A DNA stretch of 61,785 nucleotides, filler included, from Choristocarpus tenellus KU-1152 (Eukaryota; Protista; Phaeophyceae), in assembly GCA_964200185.2 (NCBI GenBank). It is 14 parts of 14 records of this genome, joined end to end, with 100 filler letters (N's around TTAATTAATTAA, not from the genome) between each part and the next. Parts side by side here need not be neighbours in the genome. Positions count along the whole stretch, not along the records: positions 1 to 8,189 come from CAXNAD020005026.1; positions 8,290 to 11,504 come from CAXNAD020021483.1; positions 11,605 to 14,457 come from CAXNAD020024185.1; 11 more parts are not named here. One strand, written 5' to 3'. The position numbers were made by a program, and so were the translations under genes. Below, piece after piece: positions 1 through 12,476 of the stretch. A model generated the notes under the pieces. The model was given only the letters and a program-made list of their open reading frames with translations. It ran no database searches and was not told the origin of the DNA. Position 1 is the stretch's first letter; each line of letters begins with the position of its first letter.

Positions 1-393
1 ATGTGGGAGTCGGCATACCCTTTGGAACAGGAGAAGATGCTGTAGTCCCTGAAGAAGAGTTGGCCTCTTCTCGTTCAAATTTTTCACTGATCTGTAAATT
101 GTTCAATTTGTTCACATTACGACAGGAGGAAATGGATTGATACGAGTCAAATTGTGGCACGGAGATGATGCATGGAAATATATACCTAAAGCACGATGGG
201 CTGCTCATATTTGATGGCTCAAGCCAGACAGGTCGCAGTCACTCTTTCCCTAAGGTATTTTTCGGGCATTGATTCTGCAACTCAGAGGGATATCATATAT
301 ATTTTTTGAACACACGTCTGCCCAAAGCACGGAGTTTCCTCAAGGGAGTGAGATAGGAGGTGTGAGGTAAGGTATTTCCCATGGGTGCTTTGA

Positions 394-942
394 GAGCAAA
401 AGTATCTTAGAGGGTAGGCCCGCGTCCATTTGGGGACCAAAATGCATTTTTGCGATTTTGATGTAATTTTGGCCATCGTGGTTGTTAGTATGCAAAAGAG
501 AACTCTTCCAATAGTCTTTGCTTTAAATTGTATGGATTTATTTATTAGCGGAGTGAGCACTATCCTCAAGGTGGGGTGGTGCTCTCCCTTGTTATCTAAT
601 TCATTCGTCATCAAACACGTCAAAGATATGTTTAAACATGTTTGTGACAGTTACACTACGTCAGTCACTTATAAGTTCAAGTTACACTACGTCAGTCGCT
701 TGTAAGTTCAAGATACATTACTTCATTCACTTTTACACTATAAACCATATAGACTACTAGTCTATATTGCACTGTTAGGAAGTGTCGATATCCTTGTTCC
801 TGACACACCTTTTGGTAATGTATACATTTTACCTACTCCAACACATTTCGGAGTAGGAAAATGTTATAAAAAAACTAATGGGAAGCAAGCCCCAAATGGA
901 CAAAACAGAGCAAAACTCGTACCCTCTAAGATACTTTCACTC
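394..942 (+). mobile_element. MITE family A (Sola2-like), full copy interrupted by a 284-bp insert at 489-772
   Basis: Starts GAGCAAAAGTATCTTAGAGGGTA and ends TACCCTCTAAGATACTTTCACTC; flanked by TTGA on both sides (4-bp TSD); interior matches other A copies either side of the insert. Confidence 0.9.
489..772. mobile_element. Unclassified 284-bp insertion inside MITE A
   Basis: TGTTAG duplicated at 483-488 and 773-778; contains a 31-bp tandem repeat x~2.8 (649-735) and a 9-bp-stem hairpin ATATAGACT-act-AGTCTATAT (747-767). Confidence 0.65.
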
Positions 943-2221
943 TTGAGGTTCTCATCAAGGATGTTGTGACAGCATTACATTGTATTTCCTTGCTTATCAA
1001 CAACAACCCTCGAAACTTTCATCAACCCTTTGGATATGATACTGATGGATAAAGCATGATGATCGTCTGTCCACCAATGATCTTGTGCACACATGCAAAT
1101 TCTGCGCTGCCAAGTACATTGACTTGTAGCAGCATTTCAGTGGATACATGAAGAGATGCTACTTGTATGTACTAGATTCCACTCATTCACCTGATGATGG
1201 TTGTACGATTTGTCAAGAAACAAGCAAAACAGGGAGATTAGTATAGAGAGACAAAGACTGAAGATCGTACTAGGTTTGTCCACACTTCCATTACCTCCCT
1301 GTTCACTATCCTTTGTATTAACCTTCGCCTCACGAGCTTCCACATCCTCTTCCTTGTTCTCGACTGTGTGGAATCCCACCTGTTCCACAACATGACGAGA
1401 GGAGAGGCAGGTAAGAGGTGGACTGTCCTGCCAATGCTCCCAGAGCCTGCATGGGAAATCCTCTGGATAAGCTGCTCAAATGTTGCCGTCCACGACTCAA
1501 GAGGTGACCGTGGAGTCTCAGTACAACTCTCCATCAATATACGACCAACGGCAAGCATTTCAACTGCAGCAAAAAACTCTTCCACAATTTCAACCATGTG
1601 TGCAACGCGCGCTTCAATGCTTACTGAAGTGATGCAATGATTGAGCGAGAACCAAACGCTGTCAAGAGTCCAGTTGTAGATTTGTTGATCAATATTGATC
1701 GGACTTCACGCCCATATCTTGGAAAAGTGTCGTACAACTAGCTGGCCGCGTGTCCCTAAGCAGCAAAGTATCTTCAATTTCTTGAGGGTTGGCATCAATA
1801 CACTTCAAATTACAAACTACAGTAAAACCGCCGTGAAGAAACTAACTGAAGAGTGACTGGCAAGAGTCAACGAACAATGACCAGGAGGAAGTATGCAGAG
1901 ATGCTTATCTCCCTATCCCCTTCCTTGGAGGTCACATTCGCTCAAGGTAACTACTCCAGCACATCGTCACCATCCGTTCCAAAGAACGTTCCATTACTTC
2001 CCCCCTTTCTTGCTTAATCCTATCCCTTCGCCCATATAATCAAGAAGAGGCGCTTCTAATCCGAACAATTGACGTGGAACTTACCGAGGTGATGGCGGTT
2101 CGACGGCCTCCTTCGCCCTCACTGCCTTGACCTTGGTAAGGAACTGGAAAACTACTTCTCGGGCTTCTGTCTTGCACTGATCGTGAGCATAGGGCAGGAG
2201 TGTTTGAAGCTATGGTTGGAC

Positions 2222-2480
2222 AAGTGCTGAGGTGAACACTCATTCTTGACACCGGTGAGAGAGGACGAATGAGAACTTCAACAACTCCAAGACAAGAGTT
2301 TGGAACATAAGTGCTGAGGTGAACACTCATTCTTGACACTGGTGAGAGAGGACGAATGAGAACTTCAACAACTCCAAGACAAGAGTTTGGAACGTAAGTG
2401 CTGAGGTGAACACTCATTCTTGATACTGGTGAGATAGGACGAATGATAACTTCAACAACTCCAAGACAAGAGTTTGGAAC
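2222..2480. repeat. 87-bp tandem repeat x3
   Basis: Units start at 2222, 2309, 2396 (AAGTGCTGAGGTGAACACTCATTCTTGA...GAGTTTGGAAC); 29-codon period, open in only one minus-strand frame. Confidence 0.95.
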
Positions 2481-3054
2481 CCAGAGGTTGATAATGAAAG
2501 GGGGTGGGGAGCCATGTGAGTAGGGGTAGGGTTAGCTGTTGTATCGGTGCTCCAAACTTGCGGATTGTTAGTGACAATGTATCTCATATATTTCTGGTAG
2601 ACATGGTCTGCGTTAGTTAGTGAGGTAGGGAGATTTCAAGAACAATTGAATGTTCCTATTACAACTGAGTGTTCAATTAAGATAATCACTAATGCCCTTG
2701 CTTGGATGTTTTGAAGTGTGAGAGATGAGACAGACCATAATGTTATCATTCAATTTGATGCCCGCCTGTGGCATCAACCGACCAAAGCATATTGATTTCA
2801 ATGTCCAATGTATCTCTGATGACCGCCCACTCAACAAGAATCAAACTATTTCATTCTGAATCTTCAAGTTCAGCAGCGAACCTACTAAAACACTTATTCT
2901 ACCCATAGAACTGAATCGCAGAGACGCTCAGGTGTGTTGGGCACTTAACGGCAACCCATAGGATATAGAATCAAATCCACCCGTCCCCCCTATCCCCTAC
3001 CCCCTAACCATAACCCCAAAATACATTTAAGTGTTGCAACTTCTTGACTGCTCC

Positions 3055-3712
3055 TTAAATGTCTGTATCGAAATGTAAAGTGTTTAGAGCCAATACTGCA
3101 TTAGCAATTTTGCGGGTGGAAGATACAATGATGATTTTGAAAGAGGGGTGCAAGCGTTCTGGAAGAGCAATAGCTTTAGCCTCCCTCCCCCCACCGTGGG
3201 TCAGTTTACGTGCTGACTGTCGAGCTCCTTCCATATGGCCTTTCATATGGAGTACACTTTCAATGAGGCATTCTATACCGCGTTCGTGGGCACCCATTGT
3301 TTCCCTCCAGAAACAGCGTGTACTAAGCGCCTTGAGGGCACCGCATGCATACACATCGACCGATTTCCTTGCTGTCAGAGTGGTCAATATGTTGCGGAAT
3401 ATCGAATGTGGTAGGAAGTTCGACTTTCACAACGTAACTAGGTGATATGATAGTTCTGAAGCCATTCACTGTTCCGGCGACTGTTCGTGCACTGGTGAGA
3501 GATACAAACAAATGACCCACTTGAGCACTTGTTTTTCCTGTTAAAACCAAAACGAAAAGGAGGCAATCGAAGCACCCTCGCATCCAATGTTTGGTCGAAA
3601 TTTCTAGAGTAGGAGCAAGGAGTGGAGTAAGGGAAATTGATTTGGTGAGTCTTGTCCTTGCCTTGATTGAGGTAGCCAGTCCTTTGAGGAAGCTCAGGTG
3701 ATGCAAGTACAC
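3055..3712 (-). pseudogene. Possible decayed helical-repeat (ARM-like) coding sequence
   Basis: Frameshifted peptides LKGLATSIKARTRLTKSISLTPLL and YACGALKALSTRCFWRETMGAHERGIECLIESV loosely resemble armadillo repeats; judged by eye only. Confidence 0.25.
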
Positions 3713-4651
3713 CAGGAATACATGTGTCTTGGTTGCCTCACACTCTTCCCTGTCCAGGTTGGGTTATGGTTACAAGAGGTGGTTAGTATTGTGTGAAGCC
3801 TGAAGGGGTAACGGTACGGCACCACAGAAAATGCTGAATCAATTCTCAGGGATCCCTTAGTCAAGAGCCTTTTGTCTTGAAGACACTTGTTAGTGGTAGC
3901 TCAGTGTGCGACCGACATACTGGTGGGCCTTCCCTGTTCGAAGTTGAGCAAGTGTTGAGAGTATTGGGCATAACAAGCAAAACTGTAGGCTTCTGCTGTT
4001 GTAACACTTGCCATGTTTCATATTTTGTAAACTTTCTCTACAAACCTTTTTGTCGGATGTTTGTTCCTATGTCCCACAATACATGATAATATTAAGAGAG
4101 AAAAGCGTTTCAATTGCCATTTTTCTGAAAAGTGATAGTGTTCTCAGCCCTTTTCTCCACCCCCAATCGTCCCAGCAGAAATCGTTTCCTACAAGTCTTG
4201 AAATATTTGTGTTCTTGTTAGTATGACAGGTGTATAGTGTTTGTGCTTACGGTGCAAAATCTACGAGAACAAGTTGCCAGTGCCGTGCATTGTTCAATGT
4301 TCCAGATGTGCATCGGCTTTGGTGCTACCCACAGTCTGCATATGTCCACTTTCTTTCACAGTTGGAATCGGGTTGCACTCTCATCAAAATGTGAAATCTG
4401 ACGTCGTACCCAACATTATTCAAAGTTTCAACATGTTCCACCCCAGAATTGGATGCCCTGTTCACCACATACCTTCCACCTGATGTCCCACTCATCCCCA
4501 CCAATCGAATCAGCAATGGCAACCATCAGCCTTAGAACACAAGAACAAAACGTGCCGAGAGACTTACCTCTCCATCCCTCTTGGTTCTCTTCTAAAATCC
4601 ATATCCTGCAGTGAAACCACTGCCGTATTCACCTGACCATGACCATAACCG

Positions 4652-4748
4652 AGGGTTGGAAGGGGTTGGAAGGGGTTGGAAGGGGTTGGAAGAGGTCGGA
4701 AGGGGTTGGAAGGGGTTGGAAGGAATTGGAAAGGGGTTGGAAAGGGGT
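4652..4748 (+). repeat. 10-bp G-rich minisatellite (GGAAGGGGTT)n
   Basis: About 9 tandem units read directly from the sequence. Confidence 0.95.
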
Positions 4749-6232
4749 CACCGCTCCCTAGGAGGAGATGGTGCGTGGAAATCGAAGTAGGAAAGGGTTT
4801 GAGATGTTGGGAGTCGGTTGGGGTTGAAGCTGCACAACATGATAAAGGTGGAGGGCAGAAGTTGGAGGTTAGGATAATAGGGGTGAGGTGTGTACCATTT
4901 TGGGATCGTAGATAGGGAAACATATGCCGAGGCAGGCGCTGTGAGTCACGGAGGATGCGAGTACAGATTTTGAAATTAACGGCCTGGTGATCTTTCCGAC
5001 CGATTGATTTTGCCAACCCTGAGGAAAGAGGCCTCTGAACAGCACTACAATGCTCGAATCTCACCCACAATTGCAAAACATGTTTCTTTACAAGGAGAAC
5101 CCCTTATTTCCGTTGTTTTTTGCAATATATATACTCCAGTATCTTGTAACCGAGAATCAACAGAGAATGAGAGACAAACCCAAAACTGTAATTTCCAGTG
5201 AGACCTGTCGCAAGGTTGGTATTATGTCTTCCCTCTGTGCTCCATAAGAATTCCAACACCAGGACATGAGAAAATGATCAATATCGCTATGCATACCTAT
5301 CTCAAGGTACAAAGAGAGGCCACCAATTTCAAACCCAACTTCTTCATGTAGCTCGTCAATAGTCAAAGTTAATGCCCGTATCTTAGGGTATACTATGTCC
5401 TGTGTTTGGTCTGAGGCTGAACGAAATCTGAGCCCACCTCTTCTTCGCAACAATGTAGATCACTTCCATTGCAGAGGATGGTCGAGTTGGCTTCCACTTT
5501 ACCCATGCCCTCAACGTGGCCCATGCTACGGATCTCATCTGAAAGAACCAATGTCAGGGTGGAGTGAGCAGCAGACAGGTGCGTTTCCGACAATAAAGCA
5601 AATGTAAGAGCAACATTGGGCGGAGCATGAGTTAGACTGCAATTGCCATGAGATCAAAAAAGGAAGAGGTTGAGGAGAAGCAACGGAGAGGTACTGTTGC
5701 CCCCATGGTTGGATCTGAGTTCGCACGTCACCACGCTAATAGCGCTTTGGTAGATATTTGGATCGACTTTAGTGTAATCTTGTCAAGTTGTAAGCACATC
5801 ACAATGTATCACTGCCCACTGGATATATTGACGGTCAAGTACCTACTTCCCATTTGGATAGAGTGACTCTTCCTCAGCAGGTCAAATTTGGGTTAAGGTG
5901 CACTGGGCATTAGTTCAGGAATTTGGTGCAATTATTGTGAGTATAATTGGAAGGAAACATACATGTTTGTAGTATTCGTGACTTACACTGTTTCCTCAGG
6001 TGCACAGGCGTCGTAGTCGATAGTAATGGAGAGCAAATACAACTTATTACTATGATATTCATATTTACTGAAAGTATAAGGGCATTCCAACGTTCCAAAT
6101 TAAGTATTAGTATTGATACAAATGTAGCGCCAGTACTAGTATCAATGTATGTATAATTGCATGCAATATTTACCTCTGCATCCTATCTCACCCACAACAA
6201 CAGGCACAGTGTGAGTGTCCAACCACAACAAT

Positions 6233-6673
6233 GATTCAAAGAATCTTGGGGGGGGTGGGGGATGGCGACTGTCCATTCAGGTTCCATTTTTCCATGTCTC
6301 GATTTTTGGGTGATTTGGTTGCATGCGTGGGATGGATAATGTGTGTTCAATTCTCCTGGTCAGGGTCCGAATCGAAACCCTGGAGTAGACTCCCGAGCCA
6401 AAGTATCTTAGAGGGTAGAACCACGTCTATTTGGGGTCAAAATCCAATGTTGCGATTTAGATGAAATTTTAGTTATTGTGTTTGTTGGAAGTGTCAATAT
6501 CTATGTTCCGGACACACCTTTTCATAACATACACACGTTACTTACTCCTAAACATTTTGTAGTAGGACAATGTCATAAAATAACCCAATGAATTCAAGCC
6601 CCAAATGGACAAACAGGGCAAAACTCGTACCCTCTAAGATACTTTCACTCTCCCCCCCCAGATATTTTGAGCG
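6233..6673 (+). mobile_element. MITE family B (diverged) carrying a nested family A copy
   Basis: GATTCAAAGAATCTTGGGGG...TGTCCATT...GGTGATTTGGTTGCAT... aligns with the B copy at 61616; right end CCCCCCCAGATATTTTGAGC resumes after the nested element. Confidence 0.8.
6395..6650 (+). mobile_element. MITE family A, full copy nested in MITE B
   Basis: GAGCCAAAGTATCTTAGAGGG...CCCTCTAAGATACTTTCACTC; TSD TCCC/TCCC. Confidence 0.95.
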
Positions 6674-7721
6674 AATCTCTTGAATCTCCTCGATGTTGAA
6701 TGTTGAACACTTTCGTCACCTCAACAAACCTGTTGGGGGCTACAAGCACGTATCTAATACTGTCCCTTCAGCTCCACTCTACTTCTTTTACGAGTGTTCC
6801 TATCCCCAGAATATGAAATATTAATTGATACCGACCTCTATCTCATTGATGATATCAGCCATGTGTGAGTGTATGTATGTAATGCATGTGTGTGTATCAC
6901 CAGTCTTTGTCAGAGTATTCTTTCACAATTCCATTGTCGAAGACTTATATACAGGCAGTTTGTCAAGATTATGCTTTAAGTTCATCTGGGAAAAATGCTT
7001 GTTAGGGAAACAATCAGATTGGATAACGGGATAATTGATAGTAATCTCTCGGTCGAGTAACCAAGAGAACATAATCCGGGTTAATACATCAAGTACCACA
7101 AGAAGATTCCTAGAAAAGGAAGGTTGTACAAATTAACACAGATTGAGTGATGAGATATTAGTGATCAGGGATGGGTAAAAGGTCTATCACCCCCCCTGCT
7201 TGCGTAGTGTTTCTCATTCCAACTCTCTACCTACTACAACATAACTGAGAAGGAACTAATTTACATATTTCATATCAAGACTTGGGATCCTACGTACTAC
7301 ATAACACATTTTCATGGCGTGAAAAGATGTGTGCTGTGTCATTTTGGCGCAGGAGTTTTGACTTGATGGGTGATACCACTACTGCATGCTTTCGTATAGT
7401 ATTCTCTTGGTGTGGGTATCGCTAAGCATCAAACATGGTACACAGTTTATATATGTATATATTTGGGCTATATTTGTGGAAGTGTGTACAATACGCTCCA
7501 CAAGTATGTAGATTACGCACGATATACTGCATACCGAGTACTACATAGTGAACGTAACAACTATCATCCTACTTGGTTGTCCTTCTTTCTAGCGGTGGCT
7601 AGTAGAGACTGATACTGCCTGCCATTCAATCACTTGATACGCACACACAAATCAAAACACGAGGGTAGCAATCTTAGTAGTACCATACTATTGATGGACA
7701 GCTCCGCTGGCAGTGGGGCCT

Positions 7722-7896
7722 GACCGAAAGTATCTGTGGGGGGGGTGGTCTACACCAAGGTGTCCATTTGGGTCAAAATCAGGAAAGGTGCGTTTACATT
7801 ATCCATCCGACGTATGCAATCAAATCCCAAAACCGCGACATTAAGAAATTGACCCCAAATGGACAATCGCCGCCCTCCCCCCAGATACTTTGAGCC
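7722..7896 (-). mobile_element. MITE family B, full copy
   Basis: GACCGAAAGTATCTGTGGGG...CCCCCCAGATACTTTGAGCC; TSD GCCT/GCCT. Confidence 0.92.
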
Positions 7897-8189
7897 GCCT
7901 TTCACTGAAGTAGTAGTAGTAGCAGTGGCAGACCATAAAGCGCATCATTGCCGCAATCATTTCACATTGATGATGGTCTTCCCGCTTGGTGTTTTCATCA
8001 TCATCATACTTCCATTCTTGTTGTAGTTTCTTTTTTTGCGGTCATTCCAATCACTAAAAGATGAACAGTGCTAGGAGTGGTGCTATAGTTGCATCAAGTA
8101 GCGGATGAAAACACGCAGAAAGACCATATGGGTGAGGAGGGAGTGAATATGATGCACCGCACAAGCACACAAACCTCGTATTGATTCTG

Positions 8190-8289
8190 NNNNNNNNNNN
8201 NNNNNNNNNNNNNNNNNNNNNNNNNNNNNNNNNTTAATTAATTAANNNNNNNNNNNNNNNNNNNNNNNNNNNNNNNNNNNNNNNNNNNN
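8190..8289. other. Artificial assembly linker N44-TTAATTAATTAA-N44 (first of 13)
   Basis: Identical 100-bp linkers also start at 11505, 14458, 17982, 21853, 25178, 27921, 35606, 40948, 43549, 46575, 51091, 53693; the 12-mer puts stops in all six frames. Confidence 0.98.
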
Positions 8290-8463
8290 GTCGTGTGAGG
8301 CTTCACACCTTCTTATCTTCACTACTAACAAATAGCATTGCCTCCCAAGGTAATTTGCACATTACCAACAGCCTCCAAGAACTCATAATAACCGAATTGT
8401 GTAGTCCAGGGGGTGACGATACATCTCAAACAGTACTCCCTCATCTAATCTCACATAACATAC

Positions 8464-8667
8464 CTCTCATCATTGTCAGTGTCTGGCTGGTGGTGGTATT
8501 GCATGTTGTCCTCAGGCAGGAGACCCACACATAAGAATGCAAAGGCTGCTGCTCCCGCAAAGATCATCATGACACCAGTATATCCTACCCTTGTACCAGC
8601 AATGACACCTGAAGCAAGTGCGAAAACCGCTCCCCCAAGTGCCCCCCATGGTCGTTGGACCGTGTAC
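8464..8667 (-). CDS. Internal exon of a major facilitator superfamily (MFS_1_like/MFSD6-type) transporter
   Basis: RYTVQRPWGALGGAVFALASGVIAGTRVGYTGVMMIFAGAAAFAFLCVGLLP resembles the YGxQRLWGAxG motif followed by two TM helices; bounded by tgatAG and GTatgt; 204 nt. Confidence 0.65.
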
Positions 8668-11604
8668 CTATCACAAGAGAGATGGCAAAAGGTATAAAGC
8701 AAAAGGTAGATTGCATGGGGAGGGAAACTATCTCAAAGCATTAGGAGCTGCAAGGCACATAACTTCAACTTACACAGTACCTAACATAAAAAGAATCCAA
8801 CAAAATAGAAACGATCTAGTTCCGTAGAGTCAATCAAACCTCAATGGTAAACCAGGAAGGTTGCATGCCACTCCCAACTTGCAATAGATGTGTGCAAGCA
8901 GCGTGAAGCAAACAATTCGGGCGTGATGAACCCTTTATCCATTAGATTGTTTTGTGGTTGAATAGAATATAACAAAGAACTTCGAGGTCAAGATATGCAT
9001 GGGCTCTTATGATATGATCCTTTTCTTCAAGTTAAAATATCGATTCCTTACCACACACCACCACTACATGAAAATAGTCTAACCAAAAAAAAATTGAATG
9101 ACCCCTGCCTAGAGTAACAGGTGCGTTCTGCTTCCACCATTTGATTTACTTTTCGCACCACAACTGATCCAAAATGCCCGACCACAGTCAGATACATAAT
9201 ATGATCTACAACTGCCTTATTACTTCCCTATCTTGACATAAATAGGAGAAAAATTCATTCAATATCAAACGGAAAAGATTGTCTGTTGCTCCAGTGGATG
9301 AAAGACAAATCCTCCTCACCGTTTTGTGCCGTATGCTTGGAGAATGCAAGTGTTAACAAGGCTAAAGGTCGGACTGTTGGATACCCCTGAGGCAGTTTCG
9401 ATCAAAGCCACAGCTAACAAACTTCCCGCAAAAATCACCGATGTACACAATATGCCCCAAAGCAAGTAGGACATACGGAGCATCTGGAAGCAGAAAAGGC
9501 ATATGGAAAAGAGGAAGGAGGCATTGTAAACGAGAGGTAAAATTACAATGAACGTTCGATTTTGAAGTAAATCGTGCTTTGATGAGATTAACCCTTAGTG
9601 AGACTATTGGTCCAGCTTGCAGTATCACAACAAGATACCTAAGCCTTGATATCTTCAATTGACGATAGAATGTGAAGTGGGACAAGAACTGGATGAAGGA
9701 TAAGACTAGAGCAGCATTTCCAAGTGAAAACATGTAACCACTTGATCACTGTACTTTCCGTGTCCTACACACTGGCTCTAGCAAGGGTGTAGACGCCGGC
9801 ATCAGTATTCTTGGAGGTAGAGGTATTTTACGTGCCCATTTGACTCCCAACAACCCCTAGCCATGATGGGGCATGATCGATGCGACCCCATCCATCCCTC
9901 TTGCCTTTTTTGTGTATTCTGTAGCGGTCGGCAAGGGAGCACATGAATGGGTTGAGGACGAGAAGAGTGGTTGGGGAGATGGCCCCAATGAATCCCACCT
10001 GACGCTCTGTAGAACGTCGGTTAATGGCATATCGACACAGAGAGGTTGATAAAAAACGACAATTCGTGATGGGTCACATGTGTTTGCATGTATATATTGT
10101 GTGGAGTAGCAAGACTTGTTCAACCTCTTGTGGGCATACATCTTGAAAGAGTTCACGCGAAGGGAATGGGGTGGGCAATACACAATAGAGAAATAGCACT
10201 ACATGGTGTGAGGAATACACGCAATTTGCGGCACAATCTCTCATAATCTTGTATCGCAATAGATCTCTGTTAACACACCCGTGAGTCCTTTGCTGTTCCA
10301 AATTAGAGGCAAGAAGGTTTGTGTGACCCCATATGTGCCTTGAGAAAAGAAGTACAATAAGCTTCCCCCCCAACTAGCAGATAACATTGAGTCCTTCTCC
10401 TTGTTCTAGGAAGGAGTATGATCGAACTGGGCAACATTTATCACAATAACGAATATGAAGTCAGGCGAGTGTGATATGACGAGAGTGTGTTTGGGTGGGA
10501 CAAAATTAGTTGGAAGAATCATATTTCCATTCTATTCTTGATTGATGAATACATTTGAGAGACAATATCACTTCTCAACATACTTTGGATATTGATATAG
10601 TAATCGCAAATACCGAGATGAGGAAATACACCAATCATGTTTCGAAACTTCATAGTTGGAGTAAGAACACATATAATCGTTTGACCAATGGGACCCAAAT
10701 GTGGAGGAATAGAAATAGATTCCTTCTGCAATATTAAATAAATTTCGTTTTTTGGTCTGTCAGCAATGAAACTATATATTTTGAAACTCAGTGTGCGGAA
10801 GAAGAAGTTCACTATCCCAATTTGATCAAATTAAAATGAAAAACACTACCGCCAGAAATCGGACGGACACAACAAAATACCGATAGTAAAATATATTTTG
10901 GACAAACAATGTATTAGAACTGTTGTTACACTTTTATGCCAAATCATTCTGATTGGCATACAGTTCCATCAAGGAGAAGACAAAGTACGTTCTACACAAC
11001 TTCAAACCGATTTCAGGTTTTAATGGCGGAAGAGTTCAAGGAAAACGAGCCTGATGAACATCTACTCCCAATATTTCTTGACCAGGACCCCTTATCATTC
11101 GATGAGGTTATACTGGAAGAAGCGAGGAAACTGTTGGTTCATAAGCCATCTATGTGGAATTTTTGTTAATCCTGATTTTCGAATGGTGGATCAACGGGTG
11201 GTACAACTTATGTCTGCAGACAATAACCCCCTTTTGGAATATCAAAGCATACGTTAAACTAAAACAGACTTCTCAGTTCTGTGAACAGTGAAATTTCTTG
11301 ATAGACATTTGGTAGACAATCTTTCTTGTTCTATTTTTCGAGACAGTTGGTCAATAGATAACATATATATTAGTAGTAGTATAAGGAATAGGGATTCTCA
11401 AAATTGAGGATGGAGCTGGACTATGAGGATGGTTGTTCTGCGAAAATGATCTTAAAAAAGTATCGAAAGTTTTTTTTGTGACTGTATTTGCACTTAGAAG
11501 GGCCNNNNNNNNNNNNNNNNNNNNNNNNNNNNNNNNNNNNNNNNNNNNTTAATTAATTAANNNNNNNNNNNNNNNNNNNNNNNNNNNNNNNNNNNNNNNN
11601 NNNN

Positions 11605-11730
11605 GTGTTTTTATGTTTAGGATATTTTATTTCTTTAGGGCTAATAACGACATATATATAGTTTTCATTGGTGTTCCCCCTGACACATCTGCAAAATGTC
11701 AGAGGGCATAATAATATAAATATATTTTCT
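11605..11730 (+). repeat. Dispersed repeat family E
   Basis: Near-identical to 43738-43870 (TTTAGGATATT...GGGCTAATAACGACAT...CCCCTGACACATCTGCAAAATGTCAGA); a shorter diverged copy lies at about 48880-48930. Confidence 0.85.
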
Positions 11731-12476
11731 TTTTTATTATGCCCTCTAAAATTTTGTAGATCTATTACCTCAAAAAACAATGAAAATTATTCACATATTA
11801 GAAACAGTATATATTGATATATTATGGTGTTCGTCTGTGAATGTGAGTGGTGAAAACGTCGACTGCGTTGTGTTGGTAGGACAAAAAACTCAGATTGCAC
11901 ATTTTTTATGAGAATTGTGTTACAAAATATGAATATCAAACAGCATAGGATTTCATATTGAACTGGGACAGAGGGTGTCTGTATTTTCGTGACCTTTTCG
12001 GCCTATCACGTTTTGAACGTATGAGATCAATGAAGGATGTGGTTTGTATCTGTATTGTTGGTGTAATGATTAGAATATCATTCTACTTTTGGAAAAACCC
12101 TACCGCACGTGTTCTGAGTGTTCAACGGTAAAAGTGTTTACCAGTAACCAGGAATAAGATATATCCGCTTTTTTTATGTTGTCTAGTGTTTATTTAAACC
12201 CTAAAGACGCCAAGAAGTGGATTTAAGGTTTATTTAAATAGTGGATACCAGTTGGAATGACTTCTTAAGTTTTCTGAAATTGGAAACGTGTGAGACCCCT
12301 AAAGTGCGTTCTTGGTAAAAAAAAATTAAATAAGCACGGTTATCAGTGGATTTAGTATTTTTTTAAACCCTAACGCACATGTAAAGTGGCCTAAAGAGAA
12401 AAAGTGGTTTGTGGTAACCACTTTTTCTCTAAGAGTCACTTATTATCGACTTGTACGTTTATGGCAATCGCTATGT

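Noticed and set aside
3323-3712. Tyrosine recombinase (LVLTGKTSAQVGHL)
   Set aside because: No catalytic Arg, HxxR or Tyr motifs found.
5157-5453. Sola2 catalytic motif-like LYLEIGMHSDIDHF
   Set aside because: Lacks GHTH and any upstream DN…NKN motif; likely chance.
8234-8245. TTAATTAATTAA as a biological repeat
   Set aside because: Always centred in N44 flanks, so it is an assembly linker.
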